Source: a virus
Lineage: Duplodnaviria > Caudoviricetes
Direction: 5' to 3' (one strand)
DNA length: 55,299 nt
IMG/VR virus record: IMGVR_UViG_3300025138_010082
Location: 1 to 55,299 of that record
Positions 46,930 to 55,299 of the stretch are shown here, in pieces (the stretch's first letter is position 1; the number at the start of each line of letters is the position of its first letter). A program made the position numbers and the translations under genes. The notes below the pieces were generated by a model. It worked only from the letters and a program-made list of their open reading frames with translations. It searched no databases and had not been told where the DNA came from.

Positions 46930-47385
46930 TTATTTATTTAAATGTTGTTGTTTAGTTTCATGTTCCCAAATTCCATCTACTGTGTGTTCATGCCAATGTA
47001 TTCTACCTCCTAAAATAGCGTCTTTAATATTTTTCTGGTGGCCATTTAATTGTGAATTTCCACTTTTTACTTCAATAAAATGAACTGCACACTTTTTCTT
47101 GCTTCCTCTGTCTGAAAACGCTATATAATCAATTGGTTTTCCAAAAAATTGTACGTCTTTAGGGTTTACGGGGAAGCTTTTCATAAAGGGAACATAATGT
47201 TCAATTGTTTTTCCAAAACTTACTGCTCTTGATCTTGAATAAGCATCTTCTCGGATAGCTTTTTCTTCTTTAACTTTCCATTTTGCTAACATGGATTCTG
47301 CTTTTCTTTCTGCAATTTTATCGTGTGTAAAATAAACATATGCTGCGAAAGCTAAAGCACATATTGCGATTGTAATTGATATCAT
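46930..47385 (-). CDS. Membrane-anchored Holliday-junction-resolvase-like PD-(D/E)xK endonuclease
   Basis: N-terminal TM helix; SRAV..GK..EH..PF, G.PIDYIAF, FIEVKSG...L. Confidence 0.78.
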   Translation of the reverse strand: MISITIAICALAFAAYVYFTHDKIAERKAESMLAKWKVKEEKAIREDAYSRSRAVSFGKTIEHYVPFMKSFPVNPKDVQFFGKPIDYIAFSDRGSKKKCAVHFIEVKSGNSQLNGHQKNIKDAILGGRIHWHEHTVDGIWEHETKQQHLNK

Positions 47386-48192
47386 TTAGTATAATTGAGT
47401 GTTACCATCCTGTATAAATTGTTTAAAACGGATGAGGTTGTGGTTAATGTTATATAATTTTTCTTGATCTAATGGTATTAGTCCTAATTTATCTATTTTA
47501 GTTGAAGATTTAGTAAATAAACCTACACTATTGTATTTTACTCCTTCTAACCCATGAATTATAGGGTTTGATGTGTCTACTGATTCAATAAAGGGAAAGT
47601 CAGCATAATAAGCAAATTCTTGTGGTAAAGCACACCCTAATAAATGTACTCTATCACTTTTGCTTATTAATCCTGATTTATACATTCTTGATATAGTCAT
47701 TATACGACCCATCATTTTACCAACCAAAGGATTTGGGTGAGGAAATTCATCACAATACCAATCAGCACCATAACTAAATGCTATTTTTTGGTATCCTTGC
47801 ATTTTTAAAACATTATAACATTCATAAGCTTCATGGTAACTTTGTGCTTGAACAACTGCTACTTTAGTTACTCCTTCTGGTAAATTTATTGATTGCCATT
47901 TTTTAGCATTAACTAATGTTGCTGTTTGATTTTGCCACACATCAGGTACTATAAATTCATCTGGTTCTAAACGTTCAATCCAATGTAGTAATCTTTTTGT
48001 GTCATATGCTTTACCTAATTCGTGAAGTGAATTGTCCATTATAATATAACTGCCTGCTTCTTTAGCATAAAGAAAATGATCTCTATACATTTCATTTTGA
48101 TCTAATAGATGAGGTAAACAGTACTCATAATCATTAATTTCAAAGCTCTTAGGGAGCATATTTACTGGTAACTCGTGTGATACTTTAAACAT
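47386..48192 (-). CDS. Divergent TGT/DpdA-fold guanine transglycosylase
   Basis: Ordered motifs IMDNS, VPDV, AVVQ, HLLG, SVDTS parallel TGT catalytic and base-binding motifs; lies within the que cluster. Track start is 48225. Confidence 0.68.
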   Translation of the reverse strand: MFKVSHELPVNMLPKSFEINDYEYCLPHLLDQNEMYRDHFLYAKEAGSYIIMDNSLHELGKAYDTKRLLHWIERLEPDEFIVPDVWQNQTATLVNAKKWQSINLPEGVTKVAVVQAQSYHEAYECYNVLKMQGYQKIAFSYGADWYCDEFPHPNPLVGKMMGRIMTISRMYKSGLISKSDRVHLLGCALPQEFAYYADFPFIESVDTSNPIIHGLEGVKYNSVGLFTKSSTKIDKLGLIPLDQEKLYNINHNLIRFKQFIQDGNTQLY

Positions 48193-48652
48193 ATTTTTCT
48201 GAATAAATTGCTGTGTTTTTACCATGTTCCATAAATTCTACTGATTTAACTTGAACACGTTCATTAGTTTCATCTTTTACAAAATTATTTAATTTATGAA
48301 ATATAAATTCTGCAAATTTTTCTGCTCCTGTTGCTTTAACTGTTCTTAATTGAATTGTACCCTCTAAATCTAATGTTTGAAATGCGGGTAATTCAGGGTC
48401 ATCTATGGCTACTATAACTGTATGGTCAAACATCCAATCCATCCAATCTTTCGGCTGCATACCATCGATTAGTGTTTTTGCCCTCTTCATGCCACCAAAA
48501 TCCCAAACCCAATTGCGATCATCTAGTGTTCCTTCGAATGTTACTTTAAATGAAATACCATATCCATGTAAGAATCGGCAGTGTGTTGTGGTTGCTTTCC
48601 ATTGTCTAAAACAACAGGTAAAACCATCAAATATTTTTGTACTTTGAAACAT
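48185..48652 (-). CDS. queD: 6-carboxytetrahydropterin synthase
   Basis: HCRFLHGY, WVWDFG, FDH, GAE, VEFMEH. Confidence 0.92.
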   Translation of the reverse strand: MFQSTKIFDGFTCCFRQWKATTTHCRFLHGYGISFKVTFEGTLDDRNWVWDFGGMKRAKTLIDGMQPKDWMDWMFDHTVIVAIDDPELPAFQTLDLEGTIQLRTVKATGAEKFAEFIFHKLNNFVKDETNERVQVKSVEFMEHGKNTAIYSEKYV

Positions 48653-48679
48653 AACTTATTTTTATTTTTATATATAACT

Positions 48680-48874
48680 TTATTTTTCGGGATCCAAATT
48701 ATCTGTGGGGAAATATTTTTTATAAGGAAAGAGTTTATTTAATTTTTTCTTTCTTTCTTTACAATCACAATCTTTACCTAATAATTTATTTACTTTATCT
48801 ACAAAAGATTTTATACCTGTTGCTTTTGTGATTTTTTCAACATCATCTCCTAATCCTTTACTTTTAATACTCAC
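48680..48874 (-). CDS. Small basic hypothetical phage protein
   Basis: GLGD.VEKITKATGIK...CDC.ERK..LN. Confidence 0.6.
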   Translation of the reverse strand: MSIKSKGLGDDVEKITKATGIKSFVDKVNKLLGKDCDCKERKKKLNKLFPYKKYFPTDNLDPEK

Positions 48875-49097
48875 CCGAAATTTTATTTTTATTTTCTAAA
48901 TCATCTATTAAAGGTTCATATTTTTTACTTATACCCCCTAATTGATTATTAATATCTTTAGAAATCTTATCTATATTAGCATCTATACTTAAATTTGAAG
49001 TATCTAGTTCTTCTAACATTTTTAAAATTTGATCTAAATCTTTGTCAATATCTTCTACTGAAGGTGTAGAAACATTATTCATTTTTGATTTCTTCAT
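48864..49097 (-). CDS. Hypothetical protein
   Basis: ORF track. Confidence 0.5.
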   Translation of the reverse strand: MKKSKMNNVSTPSVEDIDKDLDQILKMLEELDTSNLSIDANIDKISKDINNQLGGISKKYEPLIDDLENKNKISGEY

Positions 49098-49284
49098 ATT
49101 CTATATCTTTTATTTCATTACATAACCACAAGAAATCTTGTGCTTTAAACATTGTGTCACAGTGGTAATATTGTTTTAATACTTTTATTCCATCTTCCAC
49201 ATCTAAATTTATTCTTTTCTCTTTAAATTTTCTTTTTACTTGGAATAATTTCCCCTGTATATTTATAATTTCTTTACCCATCAC
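49075..49284 (-). CDS. Hypothetical protein
   Basis: ORF track. Confidence 0.55.
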   Translation of the reverse strand: MMGKEIINIQGKLFQVKRKFKEKRINLDVEDGIKVLKQYYHCDTMFKAQDFLWLCNEIKDIEYEEIKNE

Positions 49285-50986
49285 AACTTACACATTCTGA
49301 TGTTCTAGAACCTAAATCTCCTTTAATTACTGAATCTGTTCTTAAATAATATAAGGTTTTAATTCCTAATTTCCAAGCTTCCATATGAACTTGATTAATC
49401 CATTTTGGAGAATCAGTAGGTGCGAATGCTAAATTAAGTGATTGGGTTTGATCAATGTATTTTTGTCTGATTGCTGCCTGTCTAACTAATTCTAATTGAT
49501 TTGTTTCAGCAAATGTTAAAAATACTTCTTTATCTTCTTCAGGTAAAATATCATTTGATAAATTTTGAACTGAACCTGCATCTGCTAATATTTGATCCCA
49601 AACTTTATTTGTATTATAACCTTTTTCTGTTAGTAGACTTTCTAACTCTGGATTTTTAACAATAAATGTTCCTTTAGCTCCATTAAAGGTATAAACATTT
49701 GCAGGTTGGGGTTCAATTCCTGCTGAACATCCCCCAATTCTTGAATTTGAAACTGTGGGAGCAATAGCTAAAACATGAGTATTTCTCATACCTGTTCCTT
49801 TACACCATAATGGTTCACCATATTCTTCAGCTAATTGTCTACTTGCTGCTTCAGCTTCATTTCTAATTTTAGACATTATTGTGTGAGTCCAAGCTGTAGA
49901 AGCAATACAGTTAAATGGTAAATTTTTCTTTTGTAAGAAAGTATGCCAACCCATTACACCTAAACCTAATGCTCTACCCTTTTTAGCATGTTTATGGGTA
50001 CGTTTCATTGCTTCTTTTCCGTTAGTTTTATCAATGAATTCCTGCATAACACCATCTAAGAAGTATGTAGCAATTTCAACAACATCTGTGTCTTTCCACT
50101 CATCATATTTTGCGAGATTTAACGAAGACAAACAACATATAAACGAGTGCTCTTCATCTGTGTGTAATGTTATTTCTGTACAAATATTTGTCATAGACAC
50201 ATTAAGATTATTCATCATGTAAGCTAAAGGATTGTCTTTATTTACATTGTCTTCAAACATAATGTAAGGTTCTCCTGTTTCCATTCGTGATTTTAGAATG
50301 CTTAACCAAATGTTCATAGCTTTTTCATCTCTGTCACTTAATTTTCTCATAAAGGCATCATCCACAACAGCACATTGATGTAAATTTAAACATTGTCTAT
50401 TTGGGTCTCCTTTTGGCCTTCTAATTTGTAAAAATTCTTCTATGTCGGGGTGGTTAATATTTAAATTAACTGAAGCTGCTCCTCTTCTTACATTACCTTG
50501 ATTAGTAGCAATAATGGTTGAATCATATATTTTACACCAAGGTACTACACCTTCAGATTTACCATTTCCCTTAATTTCAGTTCCTCTTGGTCGTATTCTA
50601 TTAACACTTATACCTACACCACCACCTGATGACGTTAATTTCATTAATTCGGCATTTGTTAATCCAATTCCCCTAACTGAGTCAGGAGTATCAACCCCAA
50701 AACATGAAATTGGTAAACCTCTGTCTGTGCCTGTGTTTGACAATACAGGACTAGCTAAACCAATCCAACCATTCCAAATGTATTTAAAGAATTTTAATTC
50801 TAAGTCTGGACGATTTAATCTCATTGCTACAGAGTGAGCTACTCTTTTATATGCTTTTTTAGGTGTTTCACCTGGTAGGAGATATCCTTTAGAAATTGTA
50901 GACAATGCTACCTCATCCATAAATTCAGGATAGTCTTTTCCTTTTTCCCATTGAGTGTAATCTGCTACTAAACTATTATTATCCAT
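49274..50986 (-). CDS. nrdA: Ribonucleotide reductase class I alpha subunit (compact, no ATP cone)
   Basis: PISCF, GGGVG, TNICTEI, IAPT, DQTQSLN, KTLYYLR, terminal CVSCDG. Confidence 0.96.
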   Translation of the reverse strand: MDNNSLVADYTQWEKGKDYPEFMDEVALSTISKGYLLPGETPKKAYKRVAHSVAMRLNRPDLELKFFKYIWNGWIGLASPVLSNTGTDRGLPISCFGVDTPDSVRGIGLTNAELMKLTSSGGGVGISVNRIRPRGTEIKGNGKSEGVVPWCKIYDSTIIATNQGNVRRGAASVNLNINHPDIEEFLQIRRPKGDPNRQCLNLHQCAVVDDAFMRKLSDRDEKAMNIWLSILKSRMETGEPYIMFEDNVNKDNPLAYMMNNLNVSMTNICTEITLHTDEEHSFICCLSSLNLAKYDEWKDTDVVEIATYFLDGVMQEFIDKTNGKEAMKRTHKHAKKGRALGLGVMGWHTFLQKKNLPFNCIASTAWTHTIMSKIRNEAEAASRQLAEEYGEPLWCKGTGMRNTHVLAIAPTVSNSRIGGCSAGIEPQPANVYTFNGAKGTFIVKNPELESLLTEKGYNTNKVWDQILADAGSVQNLSNDILPEEDKEVFLTFAETNQLELVRQAAIRQKYIDQTQSLNLAFAPTDSPKWINQVHMEAWKLGIKTLYYLRTDSVIKGDLGSRTSECVSCDG

Positions 50987-50997
50987 TAATTTTTATT

Positions 50998-51984
50998 TTA
51001 AAATATTGATTCTGCATCCCAATCCATTGTTCCTTTACTGTAGTTTGTTACTCTGCTTGCAAAGAAATCTGTGTGTTGTTTTCCTGCTGACAAATGATCG
51101 AACCATTTCATTCTTTCAATAGCTGTTACATCAATACCATTAACTATGGGTCTATAACCTAAATCTCCCATTTTTGTATTTACTCTATGTTTGATAAATG
51201 ATATTAAATCATCTTTACTGCAACCTTCTAAATCTCCTTGTTCATATACCTTTTCAATAAAATCTAATTCTAATTGTAAAGATAATAAAGCAGCTTCATT
51301 AATTGCTGTTTCTAATTCTGGTGTTTTTAATTCTGGTTTTTCTTCTAAAAGTGTTCTAAATAACCAACATCCTGCTTCTGAATGCATTGATTCATCTCTA
51401 ATTGACCATTCAACAATTTGTCCTACTCCTTTTAATTTATTTCTTAATTTAAATGATAATAAGACAGCAAAAGAACTAAATAAATTTACTCCCTCAGTAA
51501 AAGCTGAAAATATAGCTAATGATTTTGCTCTTTCATGCCAATTTACTTCATCACCAAAACTGTCTCTAACTTCAGTTAAAGCTTCAATTTTAGCCATTGT
51601 AGATTCATCTTCTAAAAATTCACTAAAATCATCTAATCCTAACTCTTCATTTAATAAAGAATAAGCTTCAGCGTGAACGGTTTCCATAGCACCAAAAACA
51701 GTTGCCATTGCTATAATTTCTGGTTTTCTAAACCATTTTGTAACTAAACCTGTCCAATAATCATTTACTACTGTTTCAGTTTGTGCAAAACCTTTTAAAA
51801 TAGAACCAATAATGTTTTTTTCTGTTTCTGTTAAGCTTTGTTTCCAATCATTAATATCACTCATCATAGGAACTTCTGTGTGAATCCAATGTGCCTGTTG
51901 TTGTTTTAACCAATAGTCAAATGCTTCTGGATATTCGAATGGTTTATAAACTACTCTTTCTTTTGTGATATCTTTTTCTGCCAT
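50998..51984 (-). CDS. nrdB: Ribonucleotide reductase class I beta subunit
   Basis: ETVHAEAY, EGVNLFSSF, RDESMH, DFFASRVTNY. Confidence 0.96.
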   Translation of the reverse strand: MAEKDITKERVVYKPFEYPEAFDYWLKQQQAHWIHTEVPMMSDINDWKQSLTETEKNIIGSILKGFAQTETVVNDYWTGLVTKWFRKPEIIAMATVFGAMETVHAEAYSLLNEELGLDDFSEFLEDESTMAKIEALTEVRDSFGDEVNWHERAKSLAIFSAFTEGVNLFSSFAVLLSFKLRNKLKGVGQIVEWSIRDESMHSEAGCWLFRTLLEEKPELKTPELETAINEAALLSLQLELDFIEKVYEQGDLEGCSKDDLISFIKHRVNTKMGDLGYRPIVNGIDVTAIERMKWFDHLSAGKQHTDFFASRVTNYSKGTMDWDAESIF

Positions 51985-52007
51985 TTTTTAAATTTTAAAT
52001 TAGAAAT

Positions 52008-52028
52008 AAAAAAAGGGATTTAACCCTT
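52008..52028 (-). terminator. Possible weak terminator after helicase
   Basis: Minus strand AAGGG-TTAAAT-CCCTT followed by a T run. Confidence 0.45.
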
Positions 52029-52063
52029 AATGTGTTAATAAGTACAATATATATAAACAAAAC

Positions 52064-53407
52064 CTACGAAATCCCAAAAAACTCATTAGAAGCTCCTCGA
52101 AGTCTTCTTCGCTGTGCAGACGAAACTTCTCCTGGGGGAGTTTGTTCATTTCTATTGTTCCCTCTTATATTTATTGCAATTTTACCAATTGCGGTATCCA
52201 TAACAGAATCATAAGTTATGCCGTCAGCTCCATATCTATTTTTCATAATATGCCACCTTCCTGTTCCGTTTTCCTTATCTTCTGCATTTCTAGATAAAGA
52301 CATTGCAAAGTCAGTAATCATCATTTTACTGTAGCTTTCTGCCATTCTATCTCCTTGAATAATATCTTCTCTTGCTCCCGATCTATTTACTTGTGAAGCT
52401 GTCCAAATTGGGACTTTCATTTCAGTAGCTAAACCTCTTAAGTTAGTGTAAATGTCATCTAATTTGTCTCTTTTTTCCTTACTTGCTTTAGAAGTTAATA
52501 AATCAGCATAATCAATTATAATTAAATCTGGTTCTATATTTTGTTGGATACATTTTTCTAGATGGGCATGAATAGTGTTTACTGTTGCTTGCCCTGCTGG
52601 ATATTCTCTAATGTAAAGGCCTCCTCGTAAAGATTCTATTTTTTCTTTTACTTTGTCTTTATATTGAGTAATTTCACCAACGGGAAGTTCAGTAAGACAA
52701 GCATCATACCTTCTACCTACATATTTTTCACTTAATTCTAATGTATAGTGAATTACAGTGTAACCTAATTTGACTGCTGTTGCACCTAATGCAACTAAAG
52801 CCCATGATTTACCTCCTCCAGGGCCACCTGCTATCATTCCTAAATCACCATCTCCTAATCCACCTCCAAGTAAATTGTTAATTAGAGGCCAAGGTGTTGG
52901 AACTGTGTTTCTAGCTTCTTCTCTAAATCGGTCTTCTAATTCAGTCATATATTCATGACCAATGTCTCTTTCAGTTCCCGCTTTTAATGCTCTGTCAATT
53001 AAGTTTCTAATGTCATCATAATCACCTAATTCTAATAGGTCAACTGACTTCATTAATGCATTTTTTAATGTTTGATTTTTACAAAAATCTAAAAATGTGT
53101 CCTTAACATAATTTAAATCTAATGATTTAGACGCTTTATATGCCTGTTTAAGTAAATCTTTTACAGCTACACTTTGTAATTCTTGATTTATACCTTCTAT
53201 TTCAACTTTAAACACTTCCATTGTTGGAACAGACTTATATTCATTAAAATATTTGAGTGTTTTTCTCATAATCCATTTACCTGCATCATTGTCAAAATAA
53301 TCAGGAGACACTATGTCTGCAATTTGTTGCAGAAAATCTCGATCAGTAATTAAGATAGAAAGTGCCTTAATCTGAAACGCGTGTCCATATTGGGTTAATT
53401 TACTCAT
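52064..53407 (-). CDS. Replicative DnaB-like helicase (gp41-like)
   Basis: GPGGGKS, YTLEL, IIDYADL, TASQVNR, KNRYG. Confidence 0.94.
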   Translation of the reverse strand: MSKLTQYGHAFQIKALSILITDRDFLQQIADIVSPDYFDNDAGKWIMRKTLKYFNEYKSVPTMEVFKVEIEGINQELQSVAVKDLLKQAYKASKSLDLNYVKDTFLDFCKNQTLKNALMKSVDLLELGDYDDIRNLIDRALKAGTERDIGHEYMTELEDRFREEARNTVPTPWPLINNLLGGGLGDGDLGMIAGGPGGGKSWALVALGATAVKLGYTVIHYTLELSEKYVGRRYDACLTELPVGEITQYKDKVKEKIESLRGGLYIREYPAGQATVNTIHAHLEKCIQQNIEPDLIIIDYADLLTSKASKEKRDKLDDIYTNLRGLATEMKVPIWTASQVNRSGAREDIIQGDRMAESYSKMMITDFAMSLSRNAEDKENGTGRWHIMKNRYGADGITYDSVMDTAIGKIAINIRGNNRNEQTPPGEVSSAQRRRLRGASNEFFGIS

Positions 53408-54428
53408 GTGTTTGTTTTGCTAGTGTATTTAATTTTACAAAATGTTCTCTTAACCATAAATCAGGTGTTTTAATAGCATTACCTAATTGATCGTCTGAAT
53501 ACATCATAATAAAATCATTTCGGGAAAGCAAATTTATTGGTGCTTCTATTAATCTAGCTATTTGTAATTTTAATTCGCCCGAAATTGGTGGATTTTTTAA
53601 GTCCATTAATTCTTCATTTAGTCGGAGTTGAGTTGCCGACTCACTGATTTTTTTATGCATTGGTTCTTCTCCTTTACCCGCATGTTCCAAAATGAAATCA
53701 AGATCAAGGGTAGTTTGGGTAAGTAAATCTGGAACTATTTTAGGTAATTTTTTGGGTCCTAATCCTTTAACACCTTCGATGTTGTCGGACTTGTCACCCA
53801 TTAAAACCTTATACATTAAAAAATTGTGAGCCGGTACTCCATAATCAGCTTTTACCATTCGTGGGGTATAAAACTTCTTTTTTGTTGGACTCCAAACTGT
53901 GATTCTTTCATCTACTAATTGTAAGAAATCTTGATCTGCAGATAGTATGGTAACATCTTCATCTAACAAAGTGTGAGCTATGTATGCTATTGTGTCGTCA
54001 GCTTCAATTTTGTCTATTGAAATAACATTGATGGGAAGGAAATCTAAATATTCTATTAAACGAGAAAATTGAATTTTCATTGCATCCTTCTCTTCTGTAG
54101 CATTTTTAAATGCATCCCATCTAGTAATTCGTTTACCAGGTTTTCTGTTAGCTTTATATTCAGGGTGTATTTTCCTTCTACGTTGACTGCCTCCTTGACC
54201 ATCGTAAACTACAATTACTCTAGTGGGGTTTACTTCTCTAATAGCATAAGCTAATGATCTTAAAAAACCAGTTAGTCCTCCTACAGGTACACCATTGTCA
54301 TTTAGAGCTCCATTTACTGCGAATGCCCTTAAGTAGAGGTTTAAACCATCTACTATTAACACCCTATTATTTACCCCTAAATCGCCCGGTTTTTGAACGT
54401 TATCTAATAAACTGAATATGTCCTCCAT
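53400..54428 (-). CDS. 5'-3' exonuclease/flap endonuclease (T4 RNase H-like)
   Basis: IVDG.N, YKANR, EADD.IA, SADQDF.QL, GDKSDNI.GV.G.GPK. Confidence 0.94.
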   Translation of the reverse strand: MEDIFSLLDNVQKPGDLGVNNRVLIVDGLNLYLRAFAVNGALNDNGVPVGGLTGFLRSLAYAIREVNPTRVIVVYDGQGGSQRRRKIHPEYKANRKPGKRITRWDAFKNATEEKDAMKIQFSRLIEYLDFLPINVISIDKIEADDTIAYIAHTLLDEDVTILSADQDFLQLVDERITVWSPTKKKFYTPRMVKADYGVPAHNFLMYKVLMGDKSDNIEGVKGLGPKKLPKIVPDLLTQTTLDLDFILEHAGKGEEPMHKKISESATQLRLNEELMDLKNPPISGELKLQIARLIEAPINLLSRNDFIMMYSDDQLGNAIKTPDLWLREHFVKLNTLAKQTHE

Positions 54429-55299
54429 TATGAAAGGTTTTCATCAATTTCAATGTCTGGATCTAATTCTTGTGGATCTTCATGTTGGTATTTCATAACA
54501 TAAGCATCACAGGTGTCTCTATACATAGCTTCTTTAATTTCAGGTCTTTCTTTACATAATTTTTCTAATTCTTTACCTGAAAAAGTTATTATTTCACCTG
54601 TTTTAGTGTCTGTGTATTTACAAATTGGGCCTGATTGTTTGCAAACTTTGTAGTTTTTCATTAGTTTAAGCCAACCACCATAATTGTCTATACCTTGTCT
54701 GTAAAAAACATTGTATCGAACTTTTCTGTTTGGTGGGCCCATTCTATTTTTAACTACAATAGCTTCAACTTCGGAACCTACAACTTCATCCACCCCATTG
54801 ATTTTCTCTTTAAGTTTCCCAACTTGTTTGAGTCTTAATCTAACTGATGCGTGGAATTGTAATGCTTTACCACCGGAAGTAGTATATTGGTCAGCAAACG
54901 GCATTGCGCCTAATTTTTGTCTTAATTGGTTTGTGAATACTAAAAGTATTTTTTCTTTTCCAATTAAATTAGTAATTTTACGCATTGCTTTGGATAAAAT
55001 GATTGCCTTTTGAGTGGCATAACCATCTTTTTCAAAGTCAGCGGCTGACTCAATTTTAGTAGTAGCTGCGGCTACTGAATCTACAACAATAGTTACAAGT
55101 TTATTAGGATTCTTTTCTCGGACTTTAAGGATAACATCTTCAATTGCTTCCATAATGTCTTCAACTGTCTCTAATGGTAAATAAACCATTTTTTCGACGT
55201 CAACTCCAATTGCTTGTAAAAACTGTGCGTTTAACGATGATTCAGTGTCAATGTACACCGCAATACCATCTTTTTTCTGTGTGTTTGCTATAACATGAG
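54428..55299 (-). CDS. recA: RecA/UvsX recombinase (partial, 5' end outside window)
   Basis: Frame stays open to the right edge (...ANTQKKDGIAVYIDTE); VVDSVAA, FTNQLR, TSGGKAL.FHASVR, KNRMGPP. Confidence 0.94.
   Translation of the reverse strand, partial: HVIANTQKKDGIAVYIDTESSLNAQFLQAIGVDVEKMVYLPLETVEDIMEAIEDVILKVREKNPNKLVTIVVDSVAAATTKIESAADFEKDGYATQKAIILSKAMRKITNLIGKEKILLVFTNQLRQKLGAMPFADQYTTSGGKALQFHASVRLRLKQVGKLKEKINGVDEVVGSEVEAIVVKNRMGPPNRKVRYNVFYRQGIDNYGGWLKLMKNYKVCKQSGPICKYTDTKTGEIITFSGKELEKLCKERPEIKEAMYRDTCDAYVMKYQHEDPQELDPDIEIDENLS

Noticed and set aside
946-55013. Plus-strand ORFs in the six-frame track
   Set aside because: All lie antisense to well-supported minus-strand genes and read as low-complexity shadow translations.
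1-55299. Alternative genetic code (stop-codon reassignment)
   Set aside because: Conserved genes are full length and tightly packed under the standard code.
39693-55299. Inteins or introns in polymerase, nrdA/B, helicase or recA
   Set aside because: Protein lengths are compact, motifs are contiguous and no splice-junction signatures were seen.
1-55299. tRNA, rRNA, integrase or transposase
   Set aside because: No cloverleaf-like sequence found in the few intergenic gaps and no recombinase or transposase motifs; not checked with tRNAscan.

Overview
An AT-rich, densely coded segment with essentially every gene on the minus strand. It looks like part of a large (probably jumbo, T4-like core) lytic bacteriophage, most likely infecting Bacteroidota/Flavobacteriia. 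In transcription order (right to left) it holds: (i) a replication and nucleotide block with RecA/UvsX (partial), 5'-3' exonuclease, DnaB-like helicase and NrdB/NrdA; (ii) a 7-deazaguanine cluster (queD, divergent TGT/DpdA-fold protein, membrane-anchored nuclease, Cys-less queC, queE, purine phosphoribosyltransferase, folE); (iii) a T9SS-cargo-like secreted protein, Hc1-like and DUF4494-like small genes, a MazG-like enzyme, family B polymerase, sliding clamp, GroES/GroEL, clamp loader, ribosomal protein bS21 and a Cas4-like nuclease; (iv) a ~21.5 kb glycan biosynthesis/decoration island (about ten glycosyltransferase-like genes, carbamoyltransferase, APS kinase, mini nucleotidyltransferase, sulfotransferase, Gmd, aminotransferase, methyltransferase, aldolase/kinase/phosphatase cassette); (v) a nuclease, holin-like and L,D-peptidase-like lysis genes, Hsp20, probable virion-internal proteins and an ATP-dependent DNA ligase (partial). 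Four copies of a fixed-spacing promoter-like motif (TTGG-N15-TTCGTAT[AC]TT) and five copies of a second motif (ATAT[TG]TATA) precede genes. All family assignments come from motif recognition by eye, not from database searches.
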